64,000 nt of DNA from NCBI GenBank assembly GCA_030704615.1, contig CM060731.1, positions 59,272,001 through 59,336,000 on the forward strand, in the 5' to 3' direction. Shown here one piece after another: positions 26,270 to 38,990 of this stretch. Numbering within the stretch: the first letter of the stretch is position 1; every line of letters starts with the position of its first letter. The DNA comes from Takakia lepidozioides (taxonomy: Eukaryota; Plantae; Bryophyta). The position numbers and the translations under genes are program-made. A model generated the notes under the pieces. The model was not told where the DNA came from. It ran no database searches and was given only the letters and a program-made list of their open reading frames with translations.

Positions 26270-27043
26270 CACTACTATGATTAGGAGATAACGACGCCTG
26301 CGACAGTCATTTGCAAATAATTTGTGACAATACCCAATATCGTAGGTGCACTAGGCGATATTCCGACGATATTTCGTTGCAAAGTTTTGTAAATACCTTC
26401 ATTAAAAAAAATAGAGCTTAGTGAAGTGGGGCTCACTCTCTGATTGGAATTTCAGTTTGATTTGGAACAGATGAGTCCATACTGGTTTTGGATTGAGTTG
26501 AGGCCCTGTGGTTATGAAGAAATAAGTGTCTTGGCACTGACATTGATTTTCCTGTTGGATGTAATCAAACGCATCTTTGGAATCTTGGAATGAGACCGAC
26601 CCTGCAAGTTAAGTTCTATCACCGTTGAGAATTGACGCTGCAAGCTGAGGGCCTTGCTTGTATCGAGCAAACACTTTTGAAATTCTTGCAAATTCCCTGT
26701 GAATAGCAAAACAAGCAAATCATATATGCACTGCCTGAAATTGGTCATAGGTGGACTACAGAAATAGAGATAAATACTTCACAAGTAGTATCTGCGGTAC
26801 ATCTCGTCGCACGTACGATATCTCCTTTAAAAATATAAAGTATCATTGTAATCCAAACCAAGAAATGTTTTTGCTACTGCTATTGCAACGGTTCAACAAC
26901 GATTTTTTGTTGCAAATTTTAGTAAAAATATTTGTTAAAAAGCTGTGTGAGAATATTTTATGGCATGTAAGTCCCATTGAAAACTAAAATAAAATTTACG
27001 ACAAAAAAATTGTCACAATCAAAACCAATAAATTTTTGTAGTG
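26270..27043. mobile_element. Non-autonomous CACTA element
   Basis: 5' CACTAC, 3' GTAGTG, 3-bp TSD TAC on both sides (26267-26269 and 27044-27046); subterminal gcaa/ttgc, cgac/gtcg repeats. Confidence 0.8.
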
Positions 27044-28959
27044 TACACCCTATGGATGCAAGTTGCAAGAAATATCACGAGCACAAAATGGACTCCAATT
27101 TTTTATAGTCAAAACAACATGATATGTATGAAGATCGCTAGTTGCTACTTATGGTCTACAAAGATAGTCCACAGAGAATGTCAATGATTTCAAACATATC
27201 GTCACAACTATTTAGGGAAATTTTTTAAACCAAAATTTAGTAAGATTGTCAGTACAACTCGAGGAGATTGTGAATAAGCATTGAAGGCATGACCAAGCAT
27301 CGTCTGATGGTCGTTGGGCCGGCCGTTCCACCGTCGCTAGACACAACGGCGGTTGCCGAGCCCTTTGTTATTACCATTGTTCATTTAAATTAAATGAATT
27401 TTCTTGCATGTAATGTTTGAGGGACGTGGACACTTAACTTGTCACAGTTTTCACACCCCCCCTTCCCCCTAGCCCCGAAAATTATATTACCGACACCTAA
27501 AACTGACAAGATGCAGGCCGCGTCAACGTCAGGTCTACGCGACCTGACATCACTAACACAGATAATGGGGTTCACTAGTAATTCATAAGGGCTGAAGAAA
27601 GAGATTGACAGATTCACAATTTCCCACATGAAAGGGTGTCACAAACTCAAAACCATACACTCATATGACATTGCCCAAAGATGCACAATCCATGCAATGA
27701 GACACATCTACAATACAAATTCCATGGATATGCTGAAAGTGAAGCAAACAAAATGTTTGTGTTTTTCATACCTGTTACCGTTAAAAATAAATAAATAAAA
27801 TACTTGTTACCGTACATAGTACCCCCAACACTTCCATTTCCCACCGGTTTTTGTAAGTGCAACTCAAAGCGGATGTAGATTGCAATGAATGATTAAAAAG
27901 AAATTGGTTCCTAGATCATTTCTTGAAGCACCGACCGCCGGGGCCCTCACCTCCCATAGGCCTGTTCACAACCAAGAATGTAAAAGAGAGATTGCATTGA
28001 AGCAAGAGGGCCCACCCAACTCAGAAAAACAGATAGCACATTCAAGCACAAGGGTCGACATCTCACGTTCCACCTCCCTAAGCTATGCAAAATTAAGACA
28101 TGTTTTGTTTGGGCAAAGGGAAAAGACCTCATGCGGGGTTCAACCCTATTTTCAGAATGTTCTTACTCAAGGGTGTCGGATATGGTGGGGCCGCAACTCT
28201 TGTCATACTTGGCCACCTAGGTTATTAATCGTAGTAACTCTATAAGTGGTATCTGTCGTGGCGGGTTTGATCCCTGAGCAAGTTAATTCCCAGGAAAGAC
28301 ACATATCTTTCCCAACACTGGATTGTACCAAATGGGGGTCAAGAGACACCATAATTTAAAATAGATACCTTTGTGATAGCAGTCGATGGATTGAACCCAA
28401 TCACTTCTGAGGTGGTATGTGCCCATTAACACGGGCTACATCTTGGTTCTCTTATATGTGTACAATACATAATAATATAAAGAGCATTTTGAAGAATTTG
28501 ATGGATCAATCGACAACTACATATAACTCTAATAATTTGAACTAAATTTTCTTTAACGTGAACCTTCATAACTTATGCCTATATCTTATGTGAGTGGGTC
28601 TATAAAGTCAACCCTCCATCAAAGCTTAAAATTAAATAACACTTGTTACTTCAATAGAATATATGATTTATTTGGATGATTTCTCCCTAAACAAGCGTAA
28701 ATTATGGCATCTTTGGTTCCCGAGGGAATACTACCTTCTGTTGGAAGGTGACCACTTTGAGCCCTAGATCACCTAGCTTGTCAGGGGCAAGGCACAAATT
28801 GCCAACCATTGGGCTACTTGCTCTAGTGCTAATAAACTAAACAATCGGGTAGTGCCATATACCATGCAGTGCATCATAGGCCACCTAATAAAAACTGTCT
28901 GTCCTTTAGTAGGGGTCATACTTTACTCTTTTCTTATTTTCTTTTATTTTCTCTTTTTT

Positions 28960-29430
28960 TTAAGCAAAGAAGAAACCTGGGAGCGACAGCCCACAATGTA
29001 GGCCCTTGAGGAGGGGAAAAAATAACCCTTTTTCATTTTTTGGCCATGGAGGCACACACGACGAACAACATCCATACAAAACGCCACGAACAATCCACAC
29101 ACGGGGCAGGGAAGCGGGTTTGAAACCCCAACCACCAAGGCGGCACATTGTGCACTTACCAGCTGAGCTACCACCCAATGTATTTCACATGGGACAATCT
29201 TCTGATGGAATTTTGGTTGTTAATTCAGAACCACATTATATTTATATTGAGGTTTCTATTCATTTAAAAATTGTTCAAATCAAATTCACGTTTTGAAACG
29301 GAGGCCCTGATTTGAGAGCCCACAAAAATAAGGTTGAGGTTGGAGAGCCCCTCGAGAGCCCCTCCTTTATATGCCCTTCTCTCAAGCTGTGGTGGAGCCT
29401 TCTAGAAGGGGGGCCATCACCCCCACCCCA
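28960..29430 (-). repeat. Second copy of the tRNA-module repeat (tRNA-like core 29110-29178)
   Basis: Core reverse complement gggtggTAGCTCAGCTGGtaagtgcacaatgtgccgccttggtggttggGGTTTCAAACCcgc has A- and B-box-like motifs. Confidence 0.65.
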
Positions 29431-29875
29431 TTCCCTCACATATCCTATTTCTCAGCTGTGCTCCATGAATGGAGCAGCTCTGCTCCGACCCCATTGGCTG
29501 CTCCATTCTTCTCTATTTTTTGGACCTTCAGAAGTAACCCCTGCCAAAATTTGGGACCCTTTTGACTTTGCCGATGGGCCCAACACGTCCCCAACATTTG
29601 GAGAGGATTCAACTCGCCATAATGTAGTTCTCTCATCCGGAAGGCCGTTCATTTCATCCCTTTACTGCTTGTATGTAACATTGGGCCATATTATTGCTGC
29701 CACCCAACGCTTCATTGGGTTAGCCCTTCATTTGTTCGAGAGAGATTGTTTTATTGCACCACGTGGCAAGTCTTTGGCTATTGTAGCTCTCTGACAGCGA
29801 CATCTGGGGTTACAAACTGAGGAATACTCCCCCATTCCAATTATGTTCGATGATGGTCACGGTGAGATGACTCAA

Positions 29876-30382
29876 CATGACCCATACACAAGCACATGGA
29901 AGCTTCCTACATGCATTTTTGATCCATTTGGGTACCCAAAAAGAAACACTCCATCATTTTATTTTTCTTGCTAGAGGAAACAAAGCCCGCAGTTATGAAC
30001 TAGGTCATCGCCTTGTGGAAGGCAATTACGGCACATAATGGGAAGCCCTCACATCAAGCCATGAAGCTGGACCCCGCCGCTTGCGGGTCCACCTGGTGGC
30101 CATTATCTAATACATACATGAAGTGGGGTAATCCCCATGTATTAAGTGATTACGACATGTAATGGGTCGACCCAACCTCTCCCAGCTCCCCCACTTCATG
30201 TCAGGGCTCCCCATTATGCGCCGTAATTGCTTTCCACACGGCAATTACCTAGTCCATAATTGCAGGCTTTGTTCCCTCTCACAAGATTAAAAAAAAATGA
30301 TGGAGTGTTTCTTTTTGGGTACCCAAATGCATCAGAAGTACATGTAGGATAGAAGCTTCCATGTGCTCGTGTATGTTTCATG
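29876..30382. repeat. Long inverted repeat / foldback MITE (arms about 175-185 bp)
   Basis: catacacaagcacatggaagcttc..gggtacccaaaaagaaacactccatcatttt..gcaattacggcacataatggg pairs with cccattatgcgccgtaattgc..aaaatgatggagtgtttctttttgggtaccc..gaagcttccatgtgctcgtgtatg. Confidence 0.9.
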
Positions 30383-30795
30383 CTCATCAAGTCACATGGC
30401 TTATGTACACTGATGTACCTGAATATATATATATATTTCTTGGTGACGATTTTCCCCCATTTCCCAAAAATAAGAAGATGGGTGAAAGTTCATTCAATTG
30501 GAGGAAAGTTGACCCAGGACACTGATGGAAAATTGACGATTAGGTTACTATTTTGATAGTACGTTCATCACACAGACGTGATGGTACCTAACCCCAATAT
30601 GTGTTGTCATGGATAGGAATCCCACACAACCAGGGCTGCCATATTTGGCAAGAGCCCTGGTCAATGGAAACAGGACGGAAAAGCAAATGAATATCTTTGG
30701 AGCCCTTCATCCAGCATATGGGCCCCAACAAATCTCAGTGGGATACATATTGTAGAGCAGCTTCCAGGAGTCCACCTTTTTCTCCCTTTGTGTTA

Positions 30796-31169
30796 GCATC
30801 CGAAGTTGGTTACAATGTAGAGGGGTAGGGCAGTAGAGTGCCCATTTGTGGGCACCAGGATGGAAATTTGATAGGAGTTGCGATGGTGGAAGGACAACAT
30901 ATTTTTGCCACAAGTATCATCACAGGTATGTAGTCTGGTGTCGTTTTCACTTGGAACTGTGTCGTTTTGTAGCCGCCATTGGAAAAAGTGTGGCCAAAGC
31001 AGCTGAAGGTGGGAGGTGGGCTCCCTCTAAGAAAGGCCAATCCACAATGCAGCATAGTCAGGGTGCTAAGCATCATTCCAGCCAAGTGTGCCTAGACAAT
31101 CCTGCTGTGAAATCTATGAGTGAGGCCAAAGAAGAGTCTGACTCAGTTTCAACAACCAATTTGTCGTAG
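30796..31169 (+). pseudogene. Spliced gene fragment of unknown family
   Basis: Exon SEVGYNVEG*GSRVPICG..FATSIIT ends at cag|gtatgt and joins in phase via ttgtag| to AAIGKSVAKAAEGG..TNLS*; contains an in-frame stop. Confidence 0.35.
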
Positions 31170-31368
31170 CATTCAAAGAAGTAAATAAAGCACACTAACA
31201 TATGTCTTATTTTCCGAGTACGTACTAATGCTATGTAAGCGAAGTTCTTATGCTCCTTTGAACACTTTAGTGTAGAGCTTTGTAAGATGGGTTCAGTACC
31301 ACTGCAGTGTAGGTGCACTGTTATAACCAGTTCGGTTCCTTTTGGTACCTACACACTTCAGATGGGAA

Positions 31369-31517
31369 CGTTGTATGATAGAGGCACTAAGATCCACGAG
31401 TCAATCCATTTCCTGCACTTCTCTAGCATTGTAACAAAATTCAGTGTTGTTGTATGACAGAGGAACAAAGATCGCCGAGTTGATCCATATTCCAACACTT
31501 CTCTAGCATTGTAACAA
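31369..31517. repeat. Two-copy tandem duplication (~80 bp)
   Basis: gttgtatga(t/c)agagg..aagatc..gagt..atccat..cacttctctagcattgtaacaa occurs twice. Confidence 0.8.
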
Positions 31518-32995
31518 TTTGGAAACTCAGTGTTGTCGACTCATTTGCACTGCAGCCTAATCCCACATTTTCTCCATCTTACTTCCTACCTATAACTGAT
31601 AACTTTCAACCAAAACAAACCCTATAACGGCTTTCTGTTTTTGTTCTGGCATCCTTGAAGCTTTACCCAAAGCATCTGCTTAGCTTGTATGCATTCGTCT
31701 CAAATACCCCACATTTATTAAAAACAATATTAAGTCTTATAATTCTGCCAGTAGATGTGAAGAAGCTAATCTACAGTTTGCACTACAGCTAGGAGATGTG
31801 AGGTCAGATACACAGCGAATATTATTGGCTCGATACCGAGAAAGGAAATTGGATAATATCAAGGAAGGTCCTCAGTGTCTGTTAAGCAACCTTGAAGTTC
31901 ACCGAAGTACTTACAGAGCCTTTCATATGCCTGTGAGTGCATGATAAAAACCATTTTATACTGGTGGCTGGTTGAATTCATCAGGAGGCAACTCCAACGC
32001 ATAGTGTTAGAAACCTGGTTAACATCAGATTAGCTCTTCATGGTTGACAGACCGTTCAACCAGCCCTTTCATAGCATCAGACCACTTGGCCACAAGGGGA
32101 AGAGGCTCTTATTTCCACTGATTTCAGGCAGTAATCTGTCTCAACTATAGGACTTCAATGCTATTTTTGGATCAGTCAGGTATGTCACTGGATCATCCTT
32201 CATTGTGAAAGCTTAGGTCAGAAAGCTGCATGTTAATTAAACCTGAAATGTGGGGAAAAAGTTCATTGTGCAACTGTTGAAAATGGAACTGTCTAACGTA
32301 ACTGGAGCTGGATACAAGACCAGTCAGTTACGTGTTGCGTTTGAGGGTTGTGCATAATCCCTCCTCTCTTGTGGGGCCACACTCTTGTGTGAGGGCAAGG
32401 CAAACATACATGGAGGCATCTAATGTGCGACTTCTAGGATTAGGGTGACAATGTCCTAATCCTATACTCCTTGGAGCCTGGGATACTGCGATATCCCCAC
32501 TGCTGAAACATGTCCTTTTGGTATAAGCGTAATCTTCACAAATCAGGCTTGGTCAGCTTTTCCTAATCAGACCTCTCAGCTAGAGCCCTATTCTGGTTGA
32601 TTGGTGCGGAAATGGCAGCCACTTGTGACACCTATGTTAAGTACACTTGAGGTGTAAATTGCAGTGCTGTAGTCAATAATCCCAGCCAATCCCAGCCTTC
32701 ACTGTAACCACTTTGATGTTGCCGTGCTATGTCTTTACATCCTTCTATATCCAAAAGTGTGTCTACACCTTGGTCCTCTCTGTTGCGAAAACATCTCAAC
32801 TCTCCTCATAAAGTTAAAGGAAAAACCATTCATGATGGGGGACTGATATTGATGGGCTAAACTCCCTGTCTACCACCTAACCTGTGCCCAGTTAACTACA
32901 AACTCATGTACAAACGCTCAAACACAGTCTACCATACGGATGCAGAACTCAGTAGTCTGAAAACTGCTGTGCTTTGCTCACCAGATGCCTTTACC

Positions 32996-35900
32996 TCACA
33001 GCTCCCACTTCTTCATCTCCATGCCTGATGGGGCACTCCATTCAATTGTCTTGCTACCCACCTCTTGCAGTTGGTAGACAGCACCCTACCAATTGACTCA
33101 ACCTGCAGGGATAGCAATCCAGAAATTCATTAGTCATATTGAGAAGTACCAAAGGTCTAAGGAAGACAACCAACATATAGAATGAAAATTACTCCATGCT
33201 GTTCTTTATCTTGATTCACTAATTCTGGGCCCCTACTACAAAGGACCAACACTTATATGAGCACTTGCCATAAGCTGAACATGTGTGTATATAATGAATT
33301 GACATGAATGGTTTCTTTATCTCAGACCATAGCGCAATGAAAGCCCATCTCCCCACGGGAGTCACTTAAAACACAAATGTTCTCCAATTATAGTATTGTC
33401 CTTGTCAGACTGGCGGTATTACAATGAAATACACTGTACCAACACAAGCTGCAGCCAATACAAGTTAAATCTTGGCAGTGAAAAGCCTGGAGGCTTTACT
33501 GACTTGGCAATAAGCCTCCAGAAGTACACTGTCGAGGTACCACAGTGAAAATAGATCAGGGGGATTTACAAATCGACTTGTTCATGGCCAGCTGCATATC
33601 CTCATTAGCATTTTGGTAAATTGCCCGGAATAGCTTGTTCAAAGCTGCATCCCCTTCTAGTTTTTCATCCTTTTCCTGCAGCACAAGGTTGCTTCATTTC
33701 AGAAAGGGGCAGAAGAGCTGGGGGAAAGGAGAATGATAAGCAAAATGTGGTCCATCAGACAAGGCCAAAAGCATCCGGTTTCAAAGTCTAAAATCAAGTT
33801 CATCTTAGATCCCAGAGACCAAGGCAGCCAAAGACAAAACCTTCCTTTCGCGTGCGCTCAAAATACGCACCAGAGACTGTGTAAGCAGCCTGAGAAGGAA
33901 AAACAACAAGAGCATGATGCTGTCACAACATTTCAACGCAACAAAGAAGAGATACCCACCTCCTTCACTTCAGCCTCCAGCTTGTCCCAGTCCTTAGGCG
34001 GCTATTTACTGGATGTTGGGTACTTGGTCTTGCACTCCACACAGTCTGTCATACCAGTGCACCACCTTCAGCATAAGATATGGCACTGCTTTTACTTGAG
34101 AAAGAAGGTCACAAAATAAGTAAGGTGGAGACAACCGAGACAAGATGCTTGAGTTCCACCCCGACCAACAGACGATAGTCCAGCCCCTGGCTGTGTCAAA
34201 AGGTTACTGCCTTCCTAGTTACTTCCAAAGGATGCTCTCTGCGTTGGCGAGCTTTATCTCTACTTCAGTACTCAACAACCTGTGCATGCATTGTGGTGGA
34301 ATAAAGTTTATCCTGTTCAGCAACATAGCCAGGTCCCTCTACTTCCACAGAGACGCACATACAATTACCAACCCGAAATTCTGTGCAAAAGGTCATTGAT
34401 GCCTCGCAAGCAATTGGAGCTTAACTTACCTTACCAAACAAACAAAGCAAAGCAAACGGCTCTTCATGGTCAGTGTTGATGACACACTCATTGGCAAAAC
34501 AAGTATATTTACAATAATTAATGGCCTTGTGGAATGAACACCCTGGCATCACCTAGCCACCTGCTACAACTCCAAAAAATGATACTTGATCACTTCCACA
34601 CTCCTAGAGAAAAAACAGGAATAGACGTAAGGAAACAAAACGGGGAAAGAAGAATAAGAGAGCCAAACTTACAGTCTGCTCTCCATAGTTGCCAGACACA
34701 GATAACACAGTCAGTGGATGAGATTACAATGGACGCAGACAGACAAACAACAAAGAAGACATCCCGCGAACCTCTCCAACAGAATAAATATGCAATTGAG
34801 GCCTTCGTTTGGACAAGCAGCTTGTGCAAGCCAAGGTCTGTACTGCCCCAATATTGCAGTCTATCCACAAGTAAGAATTTTGATGGTATAGAACACAATC
34901 CAATAGAAGGAAGGGCCTCTCACTACACACTCATAGAAGTCCCTCTTTGAGTATGTATGCGAAACCGTATCCATAAGCATGGCGCAGCTCAAGGCCCTGA
35001 GGGATCCCAGCTGCTCACATAAAAGCCAATCAACATTTCAAAATAGACACTAGTGCCTTGGAGAGAAAGAATGTACTCATGAGACATTGGCTGTCGTAGC
35101 CTTGCAGCCATAGACCCCGTGCCCAGTTTGGACAGATCAAGTGGGAACAGACTACCTTTGTGTGGCGCTCCCTCCATAGTGGTGGTTCAGGCCTGGTAGA
35201 GGATGTACTCATAAGACGTTGTTTGCCGTAGCCTTCTGGCCATTGACCCCACGCCCAGATTGAGCAGAAGGGACAGAACCTACCTTTGTCAGGGGCTGAC
35301 GCCGGTAGTAAGACTTCCTTGGAATAAACAATTGGTCCGGGTTTTCCAGATATCCTCTAGAAATCCCTTTAAACAAGCATCAACCTGCTGTGTGTGGTTT
35401 GCCCTATAACTAGGCCCCAAAAGGGCCTGGGCTTTTGGCTCAGCCTCGAGAATTTCAAAGTTGGTAAACACAGGTACAGGTACAATTCCCTTGGTAGCTT
35501 TGAAGAGAGCGTCTCTCTGGTGAGAGAACCCACAATGAATCAGAGAATGAATATTGTCTTCACGTTGCCCACACAACGGGCAATTGCACTCTCCCTTTCC
35601 TCTCTGCTTCTGTTTGCTGTTCAAAGGTAGGCTTCCTGCCCTGAGTTTAAATTTCAGTATAGTGCTGAGAGTGGGAGACCCTTGAGGTCATCCATGATGT
35701 CCCCCATGTCACAGACTGGAAACAAGTTCAGGGAAGTTTTCTGCCTAACTTCATTTTCATCAGACAATTTCCTGGCAACATACATGGCTTTGGACACTAC
35801 AGCCTCTAAGTCAGATTTATCCACCAGGGTCAAGACTTGTGGGCTAAGATTCAGATCCTTGAGAATCTCTTCTTCTCTCTTTTGCCAGGACTTAGCCTGG

Positions 35901-36793
35901 TTGACAGGGCAATCCTGCTTCCAAGATATAGAGTCGATTAACTTAGGATATCTGATGTTGGACATATGTTGCAGCTGATCCCACCATCTGACCTTGAGTT
36001 CATCTCGTCGGGAGCTTAAGGAAGGGATGCCAAACTCACCGCGAACAGCCACATTGGCTGTTTTGGAGCATGCTGACATGCAGTCCTAAAGCACCCCCAC
36101 TTGAATGGATTCTAGAGACTTAGCCTGGTTGGAGTACACCTGGTAGAGAAAGAGGGAGAAAAAGACTATTCGGTTTAGCAGGTAGGGAAAGATCTTCTCT
36201 TTTCAACCTTTATCTTGGTCTTTCCAGGGTAGTAAGACATCAGACATACATCTCTCTTCACACACGGTGACAGTGTCATAAGTTCTTTCACTGTGATACA
36301 CCCTTGTTAGTTTGTTACTCTTGCAAGCCACAAAATGACATACCTCTCTGGCCGACATCACTTGTTGATTTTGAAATGCTCCAAAATTGAGTTTATAATA
36401 TCATTTCCATTGTCATTAGAAAAAACACTCATCTACAAAAGAGTCCAAGAAACAGCACTCCAGCCACCCCCTCCACCCTATTGCTCATACTAGGGTACAT
36501 TCAGATTGAGTTGCTTTGGTCACTATTTACCAATTGCTTCATGAGGATACACTTCACCTCAGATCATCCACATGAAACAAACACCTAACCTGCTTTTCAC
36601 AGTGGAAAATAGACAACAGTATACTTGAATTTGGCTGGTCAAGGAGGTGGTGGGGGAGGAGCAGCAACTAGGGCCGAAGGAGGCTTGATTGTAACAGGCC
36701 ATCTCTCTGCAACAGTTTCCAATGGTGCTTTCTCATCATTGGTATCTGGCGCCACTGCCACTTGAGCGTGTTTCCCAGCAACTTTGTGTTCCT
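32996..36793 (-). pseudogene. SGT1: SGT1 pseudogene (linker, part of CS domain, SGS domain)
   Basis: Exons: EEHKVAG..PPP*PAKFK (36793-36625); FIPPQCMHRLLSTEVEIKLANAESILWK* (~34310-34215); YPTSSK*PPKDWDKLEAEVKE (~34030-33960); EKDEKLEGDAALNKLFRAIYQNANEDMQLAMNKS (~33677-33570); VESIGRVLSTN/frameshift/KEVGSKTIEWSAPSGMEMKKWEL* (33102-32996). Confidence 0.9.
35060..36150 (-). mobile_element. 5'-truncated non-LTR retrotransposon (RTE/RTEX-like) plus an extra tandem 3' UTR copy, inside the SGT1 pseudogene
   Basis: ANVAVRGEFGIPSLSSRRD..RYPK and CNCPLCGQREDNIHSLIHC; homologous to 468-1115; second 3' UTR copy at 35060-35165. Confidence 0.85.
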
Positions 36794-37387
36794 CTGCAAG
36801 CCAACACAACACATGTGACTGGCACTCATTCCATAAAGATAAACAGCACACCACCAAGCCTGAGGTGGTTACAATGAACACCATCTGGTACATATGTAAT
36901 GAGTGCATTAGACTTAATTACATATATATGTTGATGTGGAAGCCTATACATTGCAGAGAACCAGCGAAGTCGCATCGCCTTAAGAGAGGGCAGACCAAAC
37001 ACCAGGCTAAAGTTTTAGGGCTTGGGGTTTCTGGTTAGGTTCAAGTATGCTTCCCTGTTCAATAACACAAAGATTCCCAAACCAAGCCTCACCTTTCCAA
37101 CCCTTGTCTCAGTTTTGGTCTCCGCTCCCTCCCCTCCTATCTTATGATGTCCACTGACCGTGTCACATGCTGAAGCTACATTCTCCAGTGTAACTAGCAA
37201 GCTCACTTCCACTATGACTGGAATCTGTCCCGAAAATGGACAGCCTTCCTGTTCCATACCTCACACTCAAGAGAGGATGGTTTCTTCTCTGTGATGGCAA
37301 TAAGTGGGTAATTCTGCATCACACTTCCAAATTCTTATTTTCTAAAAAATAAAACGGATAATTTCAAAAATATAAAAAAAAAAACAT

Positions 37388-37949
37388 GCGACCGCCATTT
37401 GGCGGTCGCTTAATTTCAAAAATATATAGAAAAACAAACGATCGCCATATGGAGGTCGGTAAATTTAAAATTATATAAAAAAACAAGCGACATATGAAAA
37501 TAAAAGCGACCGTCACATCGGTGGTCGCTTATTTTAAAATAATACAATATTTACGACCGCCAAACCGGAGGTCGTTTTAATTTAATAATATATAAAATAA
37601 AAGTGACCGCCAGCCTGGAGGTCGCTTAAACTTGAAATTATAAAGATTAAAAGCGACCGCCTTACTGGCGGTCGCGTTTTTTTTTAAATCTTAAGAATAA
37701 AAGCGACCATCATATTGGCGGTGGCTTTATCTTAAATATGAAGCGACCGCCATACCGGCAGTCGCATTATATTTTGAAATAAAAAATAATAGCGACCGCC
37801 ATACGGGCGGTCGCTTAAATTTAAAAATATACAAAATAGAAGTGACCATAATATTGCACAAAATGAAATGAAATAAAAGCGACCGCAATAGTGGCGGTCG
37901 CTTGTTTTTCATAAAAAATAAAAATAGCGACCGCAGTATTAGCAGTCGC
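37388..37949. repeat. Array of about 10 GCGACCGCC-N4/5-GGCGGTCGC palindromes with A/T-rich spacers, period about 50 bp
   Basis: Units start at 37388, 37438, 37506, 37553, 37603, 37653, 37703, 37743, 37792, 37879 and 37927, plus degenerate units. Confidence 0.9.
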
Positions 37950-38189
37950 TTAATTTCAAAGTTATAACAAATATGATTGTACCGCATTTTTAGGGTGGGC
38001 GCTATTGGTTCGTCATTTATTCATTTCACTTTCATTTCACTTTCATTTCACTTTCATCTTTCAGGGAACCCTGCTCCCTTAAATTGCAACACCTAATTTG
38101 AAGTTCTTATGAAAAAAAAATATAAATGAAAGTAAACTAGTTTAAACTGGACAAAAATTTCGCAAAGTGAGCCTGTAGCATGCTTCTGC

Positions 38190-38990
38190 CCGCATGGTTA
38201 CCAATGCAGAATCTTGAAAAGCACGTCCAATCCTTGAGGCATCATCCATTCTCCTTGAAACCTGAACTTGCAGACAGTGTTTCGGATGTATTTTATGACC
38301 GTCGTTCGATGATTCGAACGGACTTGCATTATGCGGGGGCTTTGCTCAATCCATTCTTGCTCAACAATACCATGCTCCGAGACGTCGCTAATACCAAGGC
38401 CGGCCTCGTGCGGGTGTTCATGCGACTGGCTCCGCCGAACATAGCAGAGAGAGCTATATTCGAGTATCAATGCTTTTCAAATCGCCGCGACCTTTTTGAA
38501 AACATGCCAAATCCAAAAGAGCTCAATATGTTGCCACATGAATGGTGGGATCTTATTGGAGCTGGAGCAAGAACATTGGCTCCCATTGCGAATTGTATTC
38601 TTGCTCAAGTGTGTTCTACCTCATCTTGCGAATGCAAAGGGAAAGTTACTCATTTGTTCACAACAAGATTCGCAACAGATTGAATCCCGCGAGGGCTGAC
38701 AATTTGGTGTATGTGTATACCAATTGCCGACTGCTACGTGAAAGGGCAGCGGATGATGCTGCAGCATGGTATGAGAGGAATTTGCATTCCGAAGACTCTG
38801 CAGCATGGTATGAGAGGAATTTGCATTCCAAAGACTCTGCTTCTGAGGTAGATTCGATAACGATACTGAGCCTCAGAAGGAATCATCTCAGAGGGAATCA
38901 TCTGCCTCCGATAGTGAAGATGAATCCGATGATGTTCCCGAAAATGCGTATAACCCGTTTATGTTCACAGAGGATGATGTTTATATCCAG
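38190..38990 (+). mobile_element. hAT transposase C-terminal remnant (dimerisation domain), frameshifted
   Basis: LHYAGALLNPF, EWWDLIG..LAPIA..ILAQVCSTSSCE / YSFVHNKIRNRLNPARADNLVYVYTN; 39-bp tandem duplication at 38760-38837. Confidence 0.85.

Noticed and set aside
37015-37300. Possible missing SGT1 TPR exon
   Set aside because: A donor-like site exists but no frame resembles a TPR
37388-37949. CRISPR array
   Set aside because: Eukaryotic context, no cas genes, degenerate repeats, and spacers are low-complexity A/T tracts
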